A DNA stretch of 64,000 nucleotides from an uncultured delta proteobacterium (GTDB lineage Bacteria; Myxococcota_A; Polyangia; Polyangiales; JAFGIB01). Shown here in pieces: positions 54,634 through 64,000 of this stretch. The notes below the pieces were generated by a model. It did not search any database and was not told the DNA's origin. It saw only the letters and a list, made by a program, of their open reading frames with translations. A program made the position numbers and the translations under genes. Location: the NCBI GenBank assembly GCA_963778655.1, contig CAVZVA010000001.1, positions 1-64,000 on the forward strand, written 5' to 3'. Positions within the stretch are counted from its first letter, which is position 1; each line of letters starts with the position of its first letter.

Positions 54634-55400
54634 AACGCGTCCTTGGCTTTGCGCAATGCGCCAAAGACGGCCGGCGGCGAGGCGTCTTCGGCGCCGCGCG
54701 CGCGGGCGGCGTCGATCACCGCGGGCACGTCCCAGCGAAGAAACGGGTTGGTGGCCAGCTCGTCCAGCAGCAGCCCCGGTACGGTGGGCGCGCCCTGGTC
54801 GCGTTGTGCGACGGCCGCGCTGCGGCGCTCCGCGATCGCAGCCGAGCCCGGCTCGATCGCGTCGGCGAAGCGCAGGTTGCTCAGCGTGTACTCGTGGCCG
54901 CAGTAGATGTGGGTGGCGGGCGGCAGCGCGCGCAGCTTGGCGAGCGAGGCCTGCATCATCGCCATGCTGCCCTCGAACACGCGCCCGCAGCCGCCCAGGA
55001 ACAGGGTGTCGCCGCTGAACAGGCAGCCGTCCAGCACGTAGGCGATCGCGCCCAAGGTGTGGCCGGGGATCTCGAGCAGCGTGGCCTCGTGGCCGTCGAA
55101 GCACAGCACGTCGCCCTCGCGCAGGCCGCGGCTCTGGCGCGGGATGCGCCCGTGCTCGAGATCGTAGCCGCTGCCCAGCACCGGCAGCTCCCCGCGCTTT
55201 GCACACAGCTCCTCGACTCCACCCACATGGTCCCAGTGATGATGGGTGAGCCAGATCGCCTCGAGCTCGGCGCCTTCGCGCGCGAGCGCCGCCTCCACCG
55301 GGGCGGCCTCCGAGGGATCCACGACCGCCGCCCGCCCCTGCCGGTCGAGCAGCAGGTAGGCGTAGTTGTCCTTGAGGCAGGCCACGGGGCAAACGCGCAT
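54630..55400 (-). CDS. gloB: Hydroxyacylglutathione hydrolase (glyoxalase II)
   Basis: DNYAY, THHHWDHVGG, PGHTLG, GDTLF.GGCGR.FEG, CGHEYT, TNPFLR, LRKAKD.F. Confidence 0.95.
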   Translation of the reverse strand: MRVCPVACLKDNYAYLLLDRQGRAAVVDPSEAAPVEAALAREGAELEAIWLTHHHWDHVGGVEELCAKRGELPVLGSGYDLEHGRIPRQSRGLREGDVLCFDGHEATLLEIPGHTLGAIAYVLDGCLFSGDTLFLGGCGRVFEGSMAMMQASLAKLRALPPATHIYCGHEYTLSNLRFADAIEPGSAAIAERRSAAVAQRDQGAPTVPGLLLDELATNPFLRWDVPAVIDAARARGAEDASPPAVFGALRKAKDAF

Positions 55401-55640
55401 GGGCCGAGCATGCACCAGCTTGGGCGGAGGGTCACGCCGTCTCGACGGCGGTCTTGCGAGCGAGGGGGGGTCGGGGCGATCCGCCACGCTGTCGCTGCGC
55501 TGCAAAGAAGCGCGGCGCTGGCCGCGGCGCGGGGCCGGGGAGCTATCGGGAGCGACGGCATTGTCCAGAGTTTCGCGCTCGAGGGTCAGTCGGGTACTAT
55601 TCCGCTACTGTTCCGCTCTGGGGTGCGCGAAGGAGGCAAC

Positions 55641-56867
55641 ATGCTCGCCCGGCTCGTCGTCATCGGCTCGCTGCTCGCAGTTGCATCACCGGCTTTCGCC
55701 AGCACCACCGTGGTGGTGCTCGGCCTGCGCTCGATCGAAGGCGACGACGATGTGGCCAACGACCTGACCGAGCAGCTGCGCAGCGCAGCGCGCGCGATCG
55801 ACGGCTGGACGGTGTCCAACGCCGCGGTCTCGATGGCCCAGATGAGCCTGGCCCACGGCTGCGACGAGCTCGACGCCGCGTGCCTGAGCGAGATCGCCAA
55901 GGGCCTGCGCGCGGACAAGCTGATCTACGGCACGATTCGGCGCACCAGCGCGCGCGACGACTACGACTTCGCGCTGAGCTTGAGCCTGTTCGACGCGGCC
56001 AGCGGCGCGATCGTGCGCCAGGTCGACGACACCATCCCGCGCAACCAAACCGAGTTCCAGGCCCTGGCCGCGCGCGCCGACAAGCTGCTGAACCGGCTCA
56101 CGGCGACGACCATCGGCGGCTCGATCGAGATCCAGGCCAACGTCCCGGACGCAGAGGTGATGGTCAACGGCCAGCAGGTCGGCACGACCCGCGAGGGCGC
56201 GCTGCGCCTGGAGGGCCTGCAGCCCGGCAGCTACCGCATCGAGATCCACAAGGACGGCTACACCCCCCACGTGAGCACGGTCTCGGTCAGTGAAGGCGCG
56301 CAGACCTCGATCACGGCGGTGCTCTCGACCATCGGCGCGACCGAGCAGCTGCAGCCGCCGGCCACGGTGGAGCACCACGGCCATCACCTGGCGTGGCTGG
56401 GCTGGACGCTGATCGGGGTCGGCGCCGCGTCGCTGGTGGGCACCGGCGTGTCGGCCGCGATCGTGGACGGGGTCAACAGCAACTCGCTGTACAACAAGTA
56501 CCGAGACGCGGTCGCACGCGGCAACATGATGGCCGAGGCAGCGGGACAGAGCGATCAGGTCGTGAACGACGTGTGCAAGGCCGCCGACCGCGGCTACATC
56601 TACAGCCTCACGGCCGACGAGCTGAGCAGGGTGCAGAGTAAATGCCACACGGCCGCGACCTTCGAGGTGCTGCAGTGGGTGTTTCTGGGCACGGCGATCG
56701 CCTCCGGTGGCGTGGGTACCTATCTGGTGCTGACCGCCGACCACGGGCACGGCAAGAGCCGCGACCAGATGGATGCCGAGGCGGACGAGCCCGCACAGGC
56801 CAGGCTGTCGGTCGTACCCTCGTTCGGGCCGCGCTCCGCCCAGGTGTCGGCGACGCTCACCTTCTAG
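55641..56867 (+). CDS. PEGA-domain secreted/membrane protein
   Basis: AAGGAGG RBS; signal peptide; NVPDAEVMVNG...G...PGSYRIEIHKDGY; C-terminal hydrophobic segments ending TLTF. Confidence 0.8.
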   Translation: MLARLVVIGSLLAVASPAFASTTVVVLGLRSIEGDDDVANDLTEQLRSAARAIDGWTVSNAAVSMAQMSLAHGCDELDAACLSEIAKGLRADKLIYGTIRRTSARDDYDFALSLSLFDAASGAIVRQVDDTIPRNQTEFQALAARADKLLNRLTATTIGGSIEIQANVPDAEVMVNGQQVGTTREGALRLEGLQPGSYRIEIHKDGYTPHVSTVSVSEGAQTSITAVLSTIGATEQLQPPATVEHHGHHLAWLGWTLIGVGAASLVGTGVSAAIVDGVNSNSLYNKYRDAVARGNMMAEAAGQSDQVVNDVCKAADRGYIYSLTADELSRVQSKCHTAATFEVLQWVFLGTAIASGGVGTYLVLTADHGHGKSRDQMDAEADEPAQARLSVVPSFGPRSAQVSATLTF

Positions 56868-57032
56868 CAGGCTGCGGAAGAGCTCCGAGGGAGCGGATTT
56901 CGAGTGAGGTGGGTCCGGATGCAAGGCGCGAGACCGATGGAATACTCGCTGTATTTCGAGGGCTCGCAACGCCGCAGCCGGGCCCAGATCGCTGGAAAGG
57001 CGCCTCGAGCGGGCTTTTCCGCAGCCTGCTAG
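56864..57032. mobile_element. MITE-like non-autonomous element B (169 bp, CTAG at both ends)
   Basis: Left CTAGCAGGCTGCGGAAGAGC versus reverse complement of right end CTAGCAGGCTGCGGAAAAGC (19/20); interior folds as a rod; the left CTAG contains the PEGA gene stop codon. Confidence 0.75.
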
Positions 57033-57039
57033 GCAGCCG

Positions 57040-57624
57040 ATGCGCATCGTCGGCGGCTCGCTGCGGGGGAGGCGCCTGCCGGGGCGGCTGGCCGCCTCCA
57101 CACGGCCGACCAGCGATCGCGTGCGCGAGGCGGTCGGCTCGGCGCTGCAGGCCCGCGGCGTGCTGGAAGGCGCTTCGGTGCTCGATCTGTTCGCCGGCAC
57201 CGGCGCGCTCGGGCTCGAGGCGTTGTCGCGCGGGGCGGCGTCCGTGGTCGCGGTCGAGCACCAGCGTCAGGCGGCGCGCTGCATCGCGGACAACGCGCGC
57301 GCGCTCGGCCTGCAGCAGCAGCTGCGCGTGCTGCAGCTGGATTTGCTGGGCCTGAGCGAGGCCAAGCTGGCCGCACAGCTACAACAGGCCGGCGGTGCGC
57401 CCTTCGGGCTGGTCTTCGCCGACCCACCCTATACGCTCGTCCAGGTCGCGGTGGAGCGCATCGCGGCGCTGGCCGGGGGCGACCTGCTCGCCCCGGGCGC
57501 GATCCTGGTGCTGGAGCACGCGCGCCGCCAGCCGCCGCAGCGGCCACCCGCCTTCACCGAGCTTGCGCATTACCAATATGGCGACACCGCGGTGGCGCTG
57601 TGGCAGGCCTGGGCGGCCGGCTGA
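57040..57624 (+). CDS. rsmD: 16S rRNA m2G966 methyltransferase RsmD
   Basis: MRIVGG..RGRRL, TRPTSDRVRE, LDLFAGTGALGLEALSRGA, DPPY, YGDT. Confidence 0.95.
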   Translation: MRIVGGSLRGRRLPGRLAASTRPTSDRVREAVGSALQARGVLEGASVLDLFAGTGALGLEALSRGAASVVAVEHQRQAARCIADNARALGLQQQLRVLQLDLLGLSEAKLAAQLQQAGGAPFGLVFADPPYTLVQVAVERIAALAGGDLLAPGAILVLEHARRQPPQRPPAFTELAHYQYGDTAVALWQAWAAG

Positions 57625-57717
57625 TGACTCGGGGCGGCAGCCGCCGTGCGGCCCCTCCCGCGGCATGGGAAAGATCGCGCGCCGTCCGCAGACGTGATAG
57701 AGCAATCGCCAGAGACG

Positions 57718-58218
57718 ATGTCGTCCGCGATCTACGCTGGAAGCTTCGACCCGATCACCAACGGGCACGTCAGCATCATCCGCAGCGGGCTGGTGGCCTT
57801 CGATCACATCATCGTCGCGGTGCTGACCAACGACAAGAAGCAGCCGCTGTTCAGCGTGGACGAGCGGATCGAGATGATCGCCGACGCGATCAAAGGCGAC
57901 CCGCGGGTGGAGGTCGACCGCTTCGACGACGGCCTGCTGGTCGACTACGCGCGCGAGCGGGGCGTGCGGGTGGTGCTGCGCGGCCTGCGTGCGGTGGGTG
58001 ACTTCGAGCACGAGCTACAGTTGGCCAACATGAACCGCCACCTCGATCCGAACATCGAGACGGTGTTCATCATGGCCAGCGACTACTTCTTCGTCAGCTC
58101 CAGCCTGATCAAGGAAGCCGCGTCGCTGGGCGGCGACCTCAGGGGCGTGGTGCCCGACTTCGTCGAGAAGAAGCTGCGCGCCAAGTTCGCGAAGGCGGGG
58201 CGCAAGGCCGGCGCGTAG
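57718..58218 (+). CDS. coaD: Pantetheine-phosphate adenylyltransferase
   Basis: AIYAGSFDPITNGH, RGLRAVGDFEHELQLANMN, VSSSLIKE. Confidence 0.97.
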   Translation: MSSAIYAGSFDPITNGHVSIIRSGLVAFDHIIVAVLTNDKKQPLFSVDERIEMIADAIKGDPRVEVDRFDDGLLVDYARERGVRVVLRGLRAVGDFEHELQLANMNRHLDPNIETVFIMASDYFFVSSSLIKEAASLGGDLRGVVPDFVEKKLRAKFAKAGRKAGA

Positions 58219-59405
58219 ACGTAGCCCTCGGCGCGCAAACGGCGCAGCGCCGGCAGCGCGTCCAGGCTCACGCGTCCGGCGCGCAGCTCGTCGATGCTGG
58301 CCCGGCCGCTGCGCAACCCGTCGTGCACGCGCAGCCAGCCCAGCAGGTAGCCGACGTCGCGCGCCACGCCGCCGCCGCGGTAAGCGCGCTCCGCCAGCAC
58401 GATCGCCTCCGCCGGCGAGAACTGTTCCTCCCGATGAAGCCGGTTGGCGGCCTCGGCGAAGCGCGCCCCGCCGTGCATCATGTCCGCCACCAGCACGCGG
58501 GCCGCGAGCGTGCGCAGCCGCGCCCCGTCGAGCACGCCGGCGGCTTCCTCCATGTGGAGCGCGAGGCCTTCCTGGTCGACGAACGAGCCGGCCGTGCCCC
58601 ACTGCAACAACTGCAGCGGCTGCGCCCGCGCATTGCTGGCGACCAGCAGGTGGCCGAGCACCTCGTGGACCGCCAGTCGGCGTGCCTCGTTGCGGCCGAA
58701 GCGGCGCGCGGCCAGGAACACGGTGCGCTCGCCGGTGGCCGCCCCGGCCGAGAGCCGCGGCTCGACCTGCACGCGCACCTGCAGCCCGGCAGCCGCCGAC
58801 AGCCGTTGCACCAGCACCGCGAGGCTCGAGTCGTCGCCGGACGCCGCTAGCTCGCGCGGCTCGCGCGTCGCCGGTACCCGATCGAGGATCATGCGCGCGC
58901 AGGCGGCCAGCGAGCGCGGCCCACGCGCGGTGGGCGCCTGCGTGGCGCCGGTGCCGTAGCGGCGCGCGCACAGCGGCCGCAGCAGGCGTGGCTTTCCCAG
59001 CGCATCGAGCATCAACAGGTCGAGCTCCAGCTCCTCGAGCCTGTCGAGGTAGAGCTCGGCGCCGGGCAGCGCGGGTGCTTCGGCGCGCAGCGCATCGACC
59101 AGGTGGAATGCGGCCGCGGGCACGCGCCGCGCCGCCAGCTGCCACCGCGGCGCTGGGGCTCCGCCGGCCTCGAGCTCGGCGATCATGCGGGCGCGCTCCT
59201 CGGCCGCGTTGTCCGCGGTCAGCAAGGGCAGCATGCGCGTCGCCGTGCACAACGCGTGCATGCGCAGCTCGAAGCGGCGCACGCGCGCCAGCGGGGGCTG
59301 GGGTTGCGGCGCGCGCGGCTTCGGCGCGGGGCGCGCCTGGGCTGCGCGCGCGACGGTCGACCGCCGCACACGCCTGCCACCGCTCGCTCGAAAGCCCTGC
59401 GCCAC
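58083..59405 (-). CDS. DUF1704 / QEGLA-motif metallopeptidase (MATCAP-like Tyr/Phe carboxypeptidase family)
   Basis: HEVLGH (HExxxH) plus DQEGLA, LAARV, RD..YL.G; starts 2 nt after the PhoH stop; start uncertain. Confidence 0.8.
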   Translation of the reverse strand: MAQGFRASGGRRVRRSTVARAAQARPAPKPRAPQPQPPLARVRRFELRMHALCTATRMLPLLTADNAAEERARMIAELEAGGAPAPRWQLAARRVPAAAFHLVDALRAEAPALPGAELYLDRLEELELDLLMLDALGKPRLLRPLCARRYGTGATQAPTARGPRSLAACARMILDRVPATREPRELAASGDDSSLAVLVQRLSAAAGLQVRVQVEPRLSAGAATGERTVFLAARRFGRNEARRLAVHEVLGHLLVASNARAQPLQLLQWGTAGSFVDQEGLALHMEEAAGVLDGARLRTLAARVLVADMMHGGARFAEAANRLHREEQFSPAEAIVLAERAYRGGGVARDVGYLLGWLRVHDGLRSGRASIDELRAGRVSLDALPALRRLRAEGYVYAPALRPAFANLARSFFSTKSGTTPLRSPPSDAASLIRLELTKK

Positions 59406-59407
59406 CG

Positions 59408-60730
59408 CTACAACAGCTCCGTGGCGCGCTCAGCGAGCTCGCTGCGCTCGCCCTTGAACAACGTGATGTGGCCGGCGATCGGCTCGCTCTTGAAGCGCTC
59501 GGCGACCGTCGTCAGCCCGTTGCTGGCGGCGTCGACATAGGGATTGTCGATCTGGTCGGGATCACCGGTGAGCACGATCTTGGTGTCGGTGCCGCAACGG
59601 GTGATGATGGTCTTGACCTCGTGGGGCGTCAGGTTCTGCGCCTCGTCCACGATCAAGAACTGGTTGGGCAGGGTGCGTCCGCGGATGTAGGTCAACGGCT
59701 CGACCTGGATGGTGCCCGCGCCCAGCAGCTCCTCGTAGCTGCGGCCGGCGTCGAAGCGCCCACCGCCGGTGGTGAAGATGTACTCGAGGTTGTCGAAGAT
59801 GGGGCGCATCCAGGGATTGAGCTTCTCTTCGATCGTGCCCGGGAGATAGCCCACGTCGCGGCCGAGCGGCATGATCGGGCGCGACACCAGCAGCCGCGCG
59901 TAGGCGCCCTCGGTCAGCACCTTCTGCAGGCCGGTAGCAAGCGCCATCAGCGTCTTGCCGGTGCCGGCGCGGCCGACCAGCGTCACCAGCCGCACCGAGT
60001 CGTCGAGCAGCAGGTCGCAGGCGAAGGCCTGTTCGGTGTTGCGCGGCCGCACGCCCCAGATGCCGTCGCGGCCCAGGCGTAGGGGTGTGATCTGCTGGCT
60101 GCGCTGGTCGAAGCGACCGAGCACGGTGTGCTTGTCGTTGCCAAGGTCGCGCAGGACGACGGAGGCGTTGCTGTACAGCTCCGAGGTGTCGCCGAGCTCG
60201 GAGATCGGCACAGGCTTGCGCTTGCCGAGCTGGTCGACGCTCGCGCCGCTGGCGCCGATCGACAGCACCCCGTTGTAGAGCGAGTCGGCCCGGATGCGGC
60301 CGCCCTCGTAGTTTTCCGCGCGCAGGCCCAGCGCATCGGCCCGGATGCGCAGGTTGCTGTCCATGGTGACGAAGATCGTGGGCCGGTCGGCATTGCGGTC
60401 GCGCTCGGCCAGCGCGGAGGCGAGGATCTTGTGGTCGGCCGAGCGCCCGTTGCTCTCGGCCAGGATGTCCTCGGAGGCGGCCACCCGCAGCTGTCCGCCG
60501 CTCGGCAGCGACACGCCCTGCTGTAACGAGTACTCGGCGCGCTCGCGCAGCTCGTCGATGAAGCGCGCGAGCATGCGGGCGTTGCGCCCGAGCTCGTTCA
60601 TGTCGCGCTTGAAGTGATCGATCTCCTCGATCACGTAGATCGGGAGCACGACTTCGTTGTCTTCGAATTTGAAGATCGCACGCGGGTCGTGCAGCAGCAC
60701 GTTGGTGTCGAGCACGTAGACCTTGCGCAC
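59408..60730 (-). CDS. PIN domain + PhoH ATPase (PhoH2/YlaK-like)
   Basis: YVLDTNVLLHDP, IEEID..K, D.NLRIRADALG; GRAGTGKT, GYLPG..EEK, YIRGRT, DEAQNLT, GDPDQID. Confidence 0.92.
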   Translation of the reverse strand: MRKVYVLDTNVLLHDPRAIFKFEDNEVVLPIYVIEEIDHFKRDMNELGRNARMLARFIDELRERAEYSLQQGVSLPSGGQLRVAASEDILAESNGRSADHKILASALAERDRNADRPTIFVTMDSNLRIRADALGLRAENYEGGRIRADSLYNGVLSIGASGASVDQLGKRKPVPISELGDTSELYSNASVVLRDLGNDKHTVLGRFDQRSQQITPLRLGRDGIWGVRPRNTEQAFACDLLLDDSVRLVTLVGRAGTGKTLMALATGLQKVLTEGAYARLLVSRPIMPLGRDVGYLPGTIEEKLNPWMRPIFDNLEYIFTTGGGRFDAGRSYEELLGAGTIQVEPLTYIRGRTLPNQFLIVDEAQNLTPHEVKTIITRCGTDTKIVLTGDPDQIDNPYVDAASNGLTTVAERFKSEPIAGHITLFKGERSELAERATELL

Positions 60731-60927
60731 TGACAGCGAAGGTAGCACAGTCCGAGCGCGCCGGGCGTGGAGTCGACAGGAGTCGACAAAGGCAAGCCGG
60801 GGCTCTTCGGCCTCGGGCACGCGCTGGACGAGCCGGGCGGCGGCGCGGCGGAAACTGCTGCTAGCCCGGCCCGGGGATGCTACCCTATTCGCATCTGCGC
60901 CTGGGCACCCGGCGCGGCGAGGTGGAC

Positions 60928-63000
<2,073 letters not shown>

Positions 63001-63329
63001 GGCCTTTCGGGTTGCGCGGAGCCGGGCGGCCAAGCGTGGCCTTGCCCGCTGTCGCTTGGCACGCGCAAGAGCCCCCGCCCAACCCCCCGCCCCCACGAGG
63101 CCTCAGGTCGTGCATGGGCCCTGATCGAGGTGCGCTGCGAGCCGCAAGGGCCGCCCTGCGCGTGGCACGCCGGATCGAGCTCCAAGCCGGGAATGACCCT
63201 GGCGCCAGCGAGGCCCAGGCCGAGCTCCCGGTCGCGGTGCGCGCTGGACAAGGCGATCGACTCCGCGAAGGATCCGGCACGCGGCCAGTGGGGCCGGGTC
63301 GGCCTGGCCAGGAAGGCGAGTAGGAAGGG

Positions 63330-64000
63330 ATGCAAGACGGCACGCAGTGGTGGCAAACGTTCTTCAGCGGCTCGTGGGGACGCCTGCAGGCGCTCGGGTA
63401 CCCGGTCGAACGCACGGCCAAGGAGGTGGACTTCATCGTCGACGTGCTTGGTCTCGTCCCCGAGGAGAGTGTGCTGGATGTCCCGTGCGGCATCGGTCGG
63501 CATGCCATCGAGCTGGCGAAGCGCGGCGTTCGGGTCACGGGCGTGGACCTGAATCCGGAAGCGCTGCGGATCGCACGCCAGGACGCTGCGGCCGCGGCAG
63601 TCGACGTCGACGCGGTCGAGAGGGACATGCGGGATCTGCAATGGTCGGCGCGGTTCGACGCCGCGATCTGCTTCTTCGGCAGCTTCGGATACTTCGACGA
63701 CTCCGACAACCTGCGCTTCGTGCAACGCGTGGCAGAAGCGCTGAAGCCCGGCGGCCGCTTCGTGATCGACACCCACGTGATGGAATCGTTGTTCCCGGTG
63801 TTCCGCGGCAAGAGTTGGAGTCGCACCGAGACCCCATCGGGCAGCATGCTGGTGCTCGAGGATTGCGGCTGGAACTACGAGGCGCGCCGCGTGGAGACGA
63901 GCTGGACGTTCATCGGACCAAACGGCGTCGATACGAGCGCCAGCTCCATCCGAATCTACGCGTACGGTGAGCTGTGCGAGCTGCTGCGCGCCGCGGGCTT
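63330..64000 (+). CDS. Class I SAM-dependent methyltransferase (3' end runs off the window)
   Basis: Hand-translated: MQDGTQWWQTFF...VLDVPCGIGRHAIELA...GVD...DMR...SFGYF...LKPGGRF. Confidence 0.88.
   Translation, partial: MQDGTQWWQTFFSGSWGRLQALGYPVERTAKEVDFIVDVLGLVPEESVLDVPCGIGRHAIELAKRGVRVTGVDLNPEALRIARQDAAAAAVDVDAVERDMRDLQWSARFDAAICFFGSFGYFDDSDNLRFVQRVAEALKPGGRFVIDTHVMESLFPVFRGKSWSRTETPSGSMLVLEDCGWNYEARRVETSWTFIGPNGVDTSASSIRIYAYGELCELLRAAG

Noticed and set aside
63001..63329. Small ORFs or ncRNA between prkA and the methyltransferase gene
   Set aside because: No recognisable motif, coding bias or convincing structure.

Overview
A high-GC bacterial chromosomal segment, most likely Myxococcota (Polyangiales-like), inferred from myxobacterial Cys-rich repeats, MopE-type acidic motifs, a PEGA protein and Gly/Ala/Thr-linker lipoproteins. 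About 49 coding regions are supported. Housekeeping genes include pheA, dnaK, moaC, trxB, gluQ, gloB, rsmD, coaD, lhr and prkA. Other blocks are: an envelope glycosylation cluster (GT2, DUF2304, WbpB-like dehydrogenase, two large GT-C-like membrane proteins and a Thr-type sulfatase-fold protein) resembling the streptococcal GacI/J/L/H set; an acyl-CoA/redox cluster; an EF-hand/ECF sigma/anti-sigma/metal-sensor operon; secreted PQQ-propeller and esterase lipoproteins; a diheme cytochrome c-rhodanese fusion; and a PIN-PhoH plus DUF1704 operon divergent from prkA. Non-coding structure comprises two ~170 bp CTAG-flanked MITE-like rods with different terminal repeats but a shared covarying hairpin core, five copies of a GGGAAG palindromic repeat, an RBS-sequestering leader, and several apparently leaderless promoters. 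One Cys-rich gene has five lesions and lhr has one frameshift. I found no rRNA, tRNA, CRISPR array or transposase. All calls come from reading motifs by eye; no searches were run.
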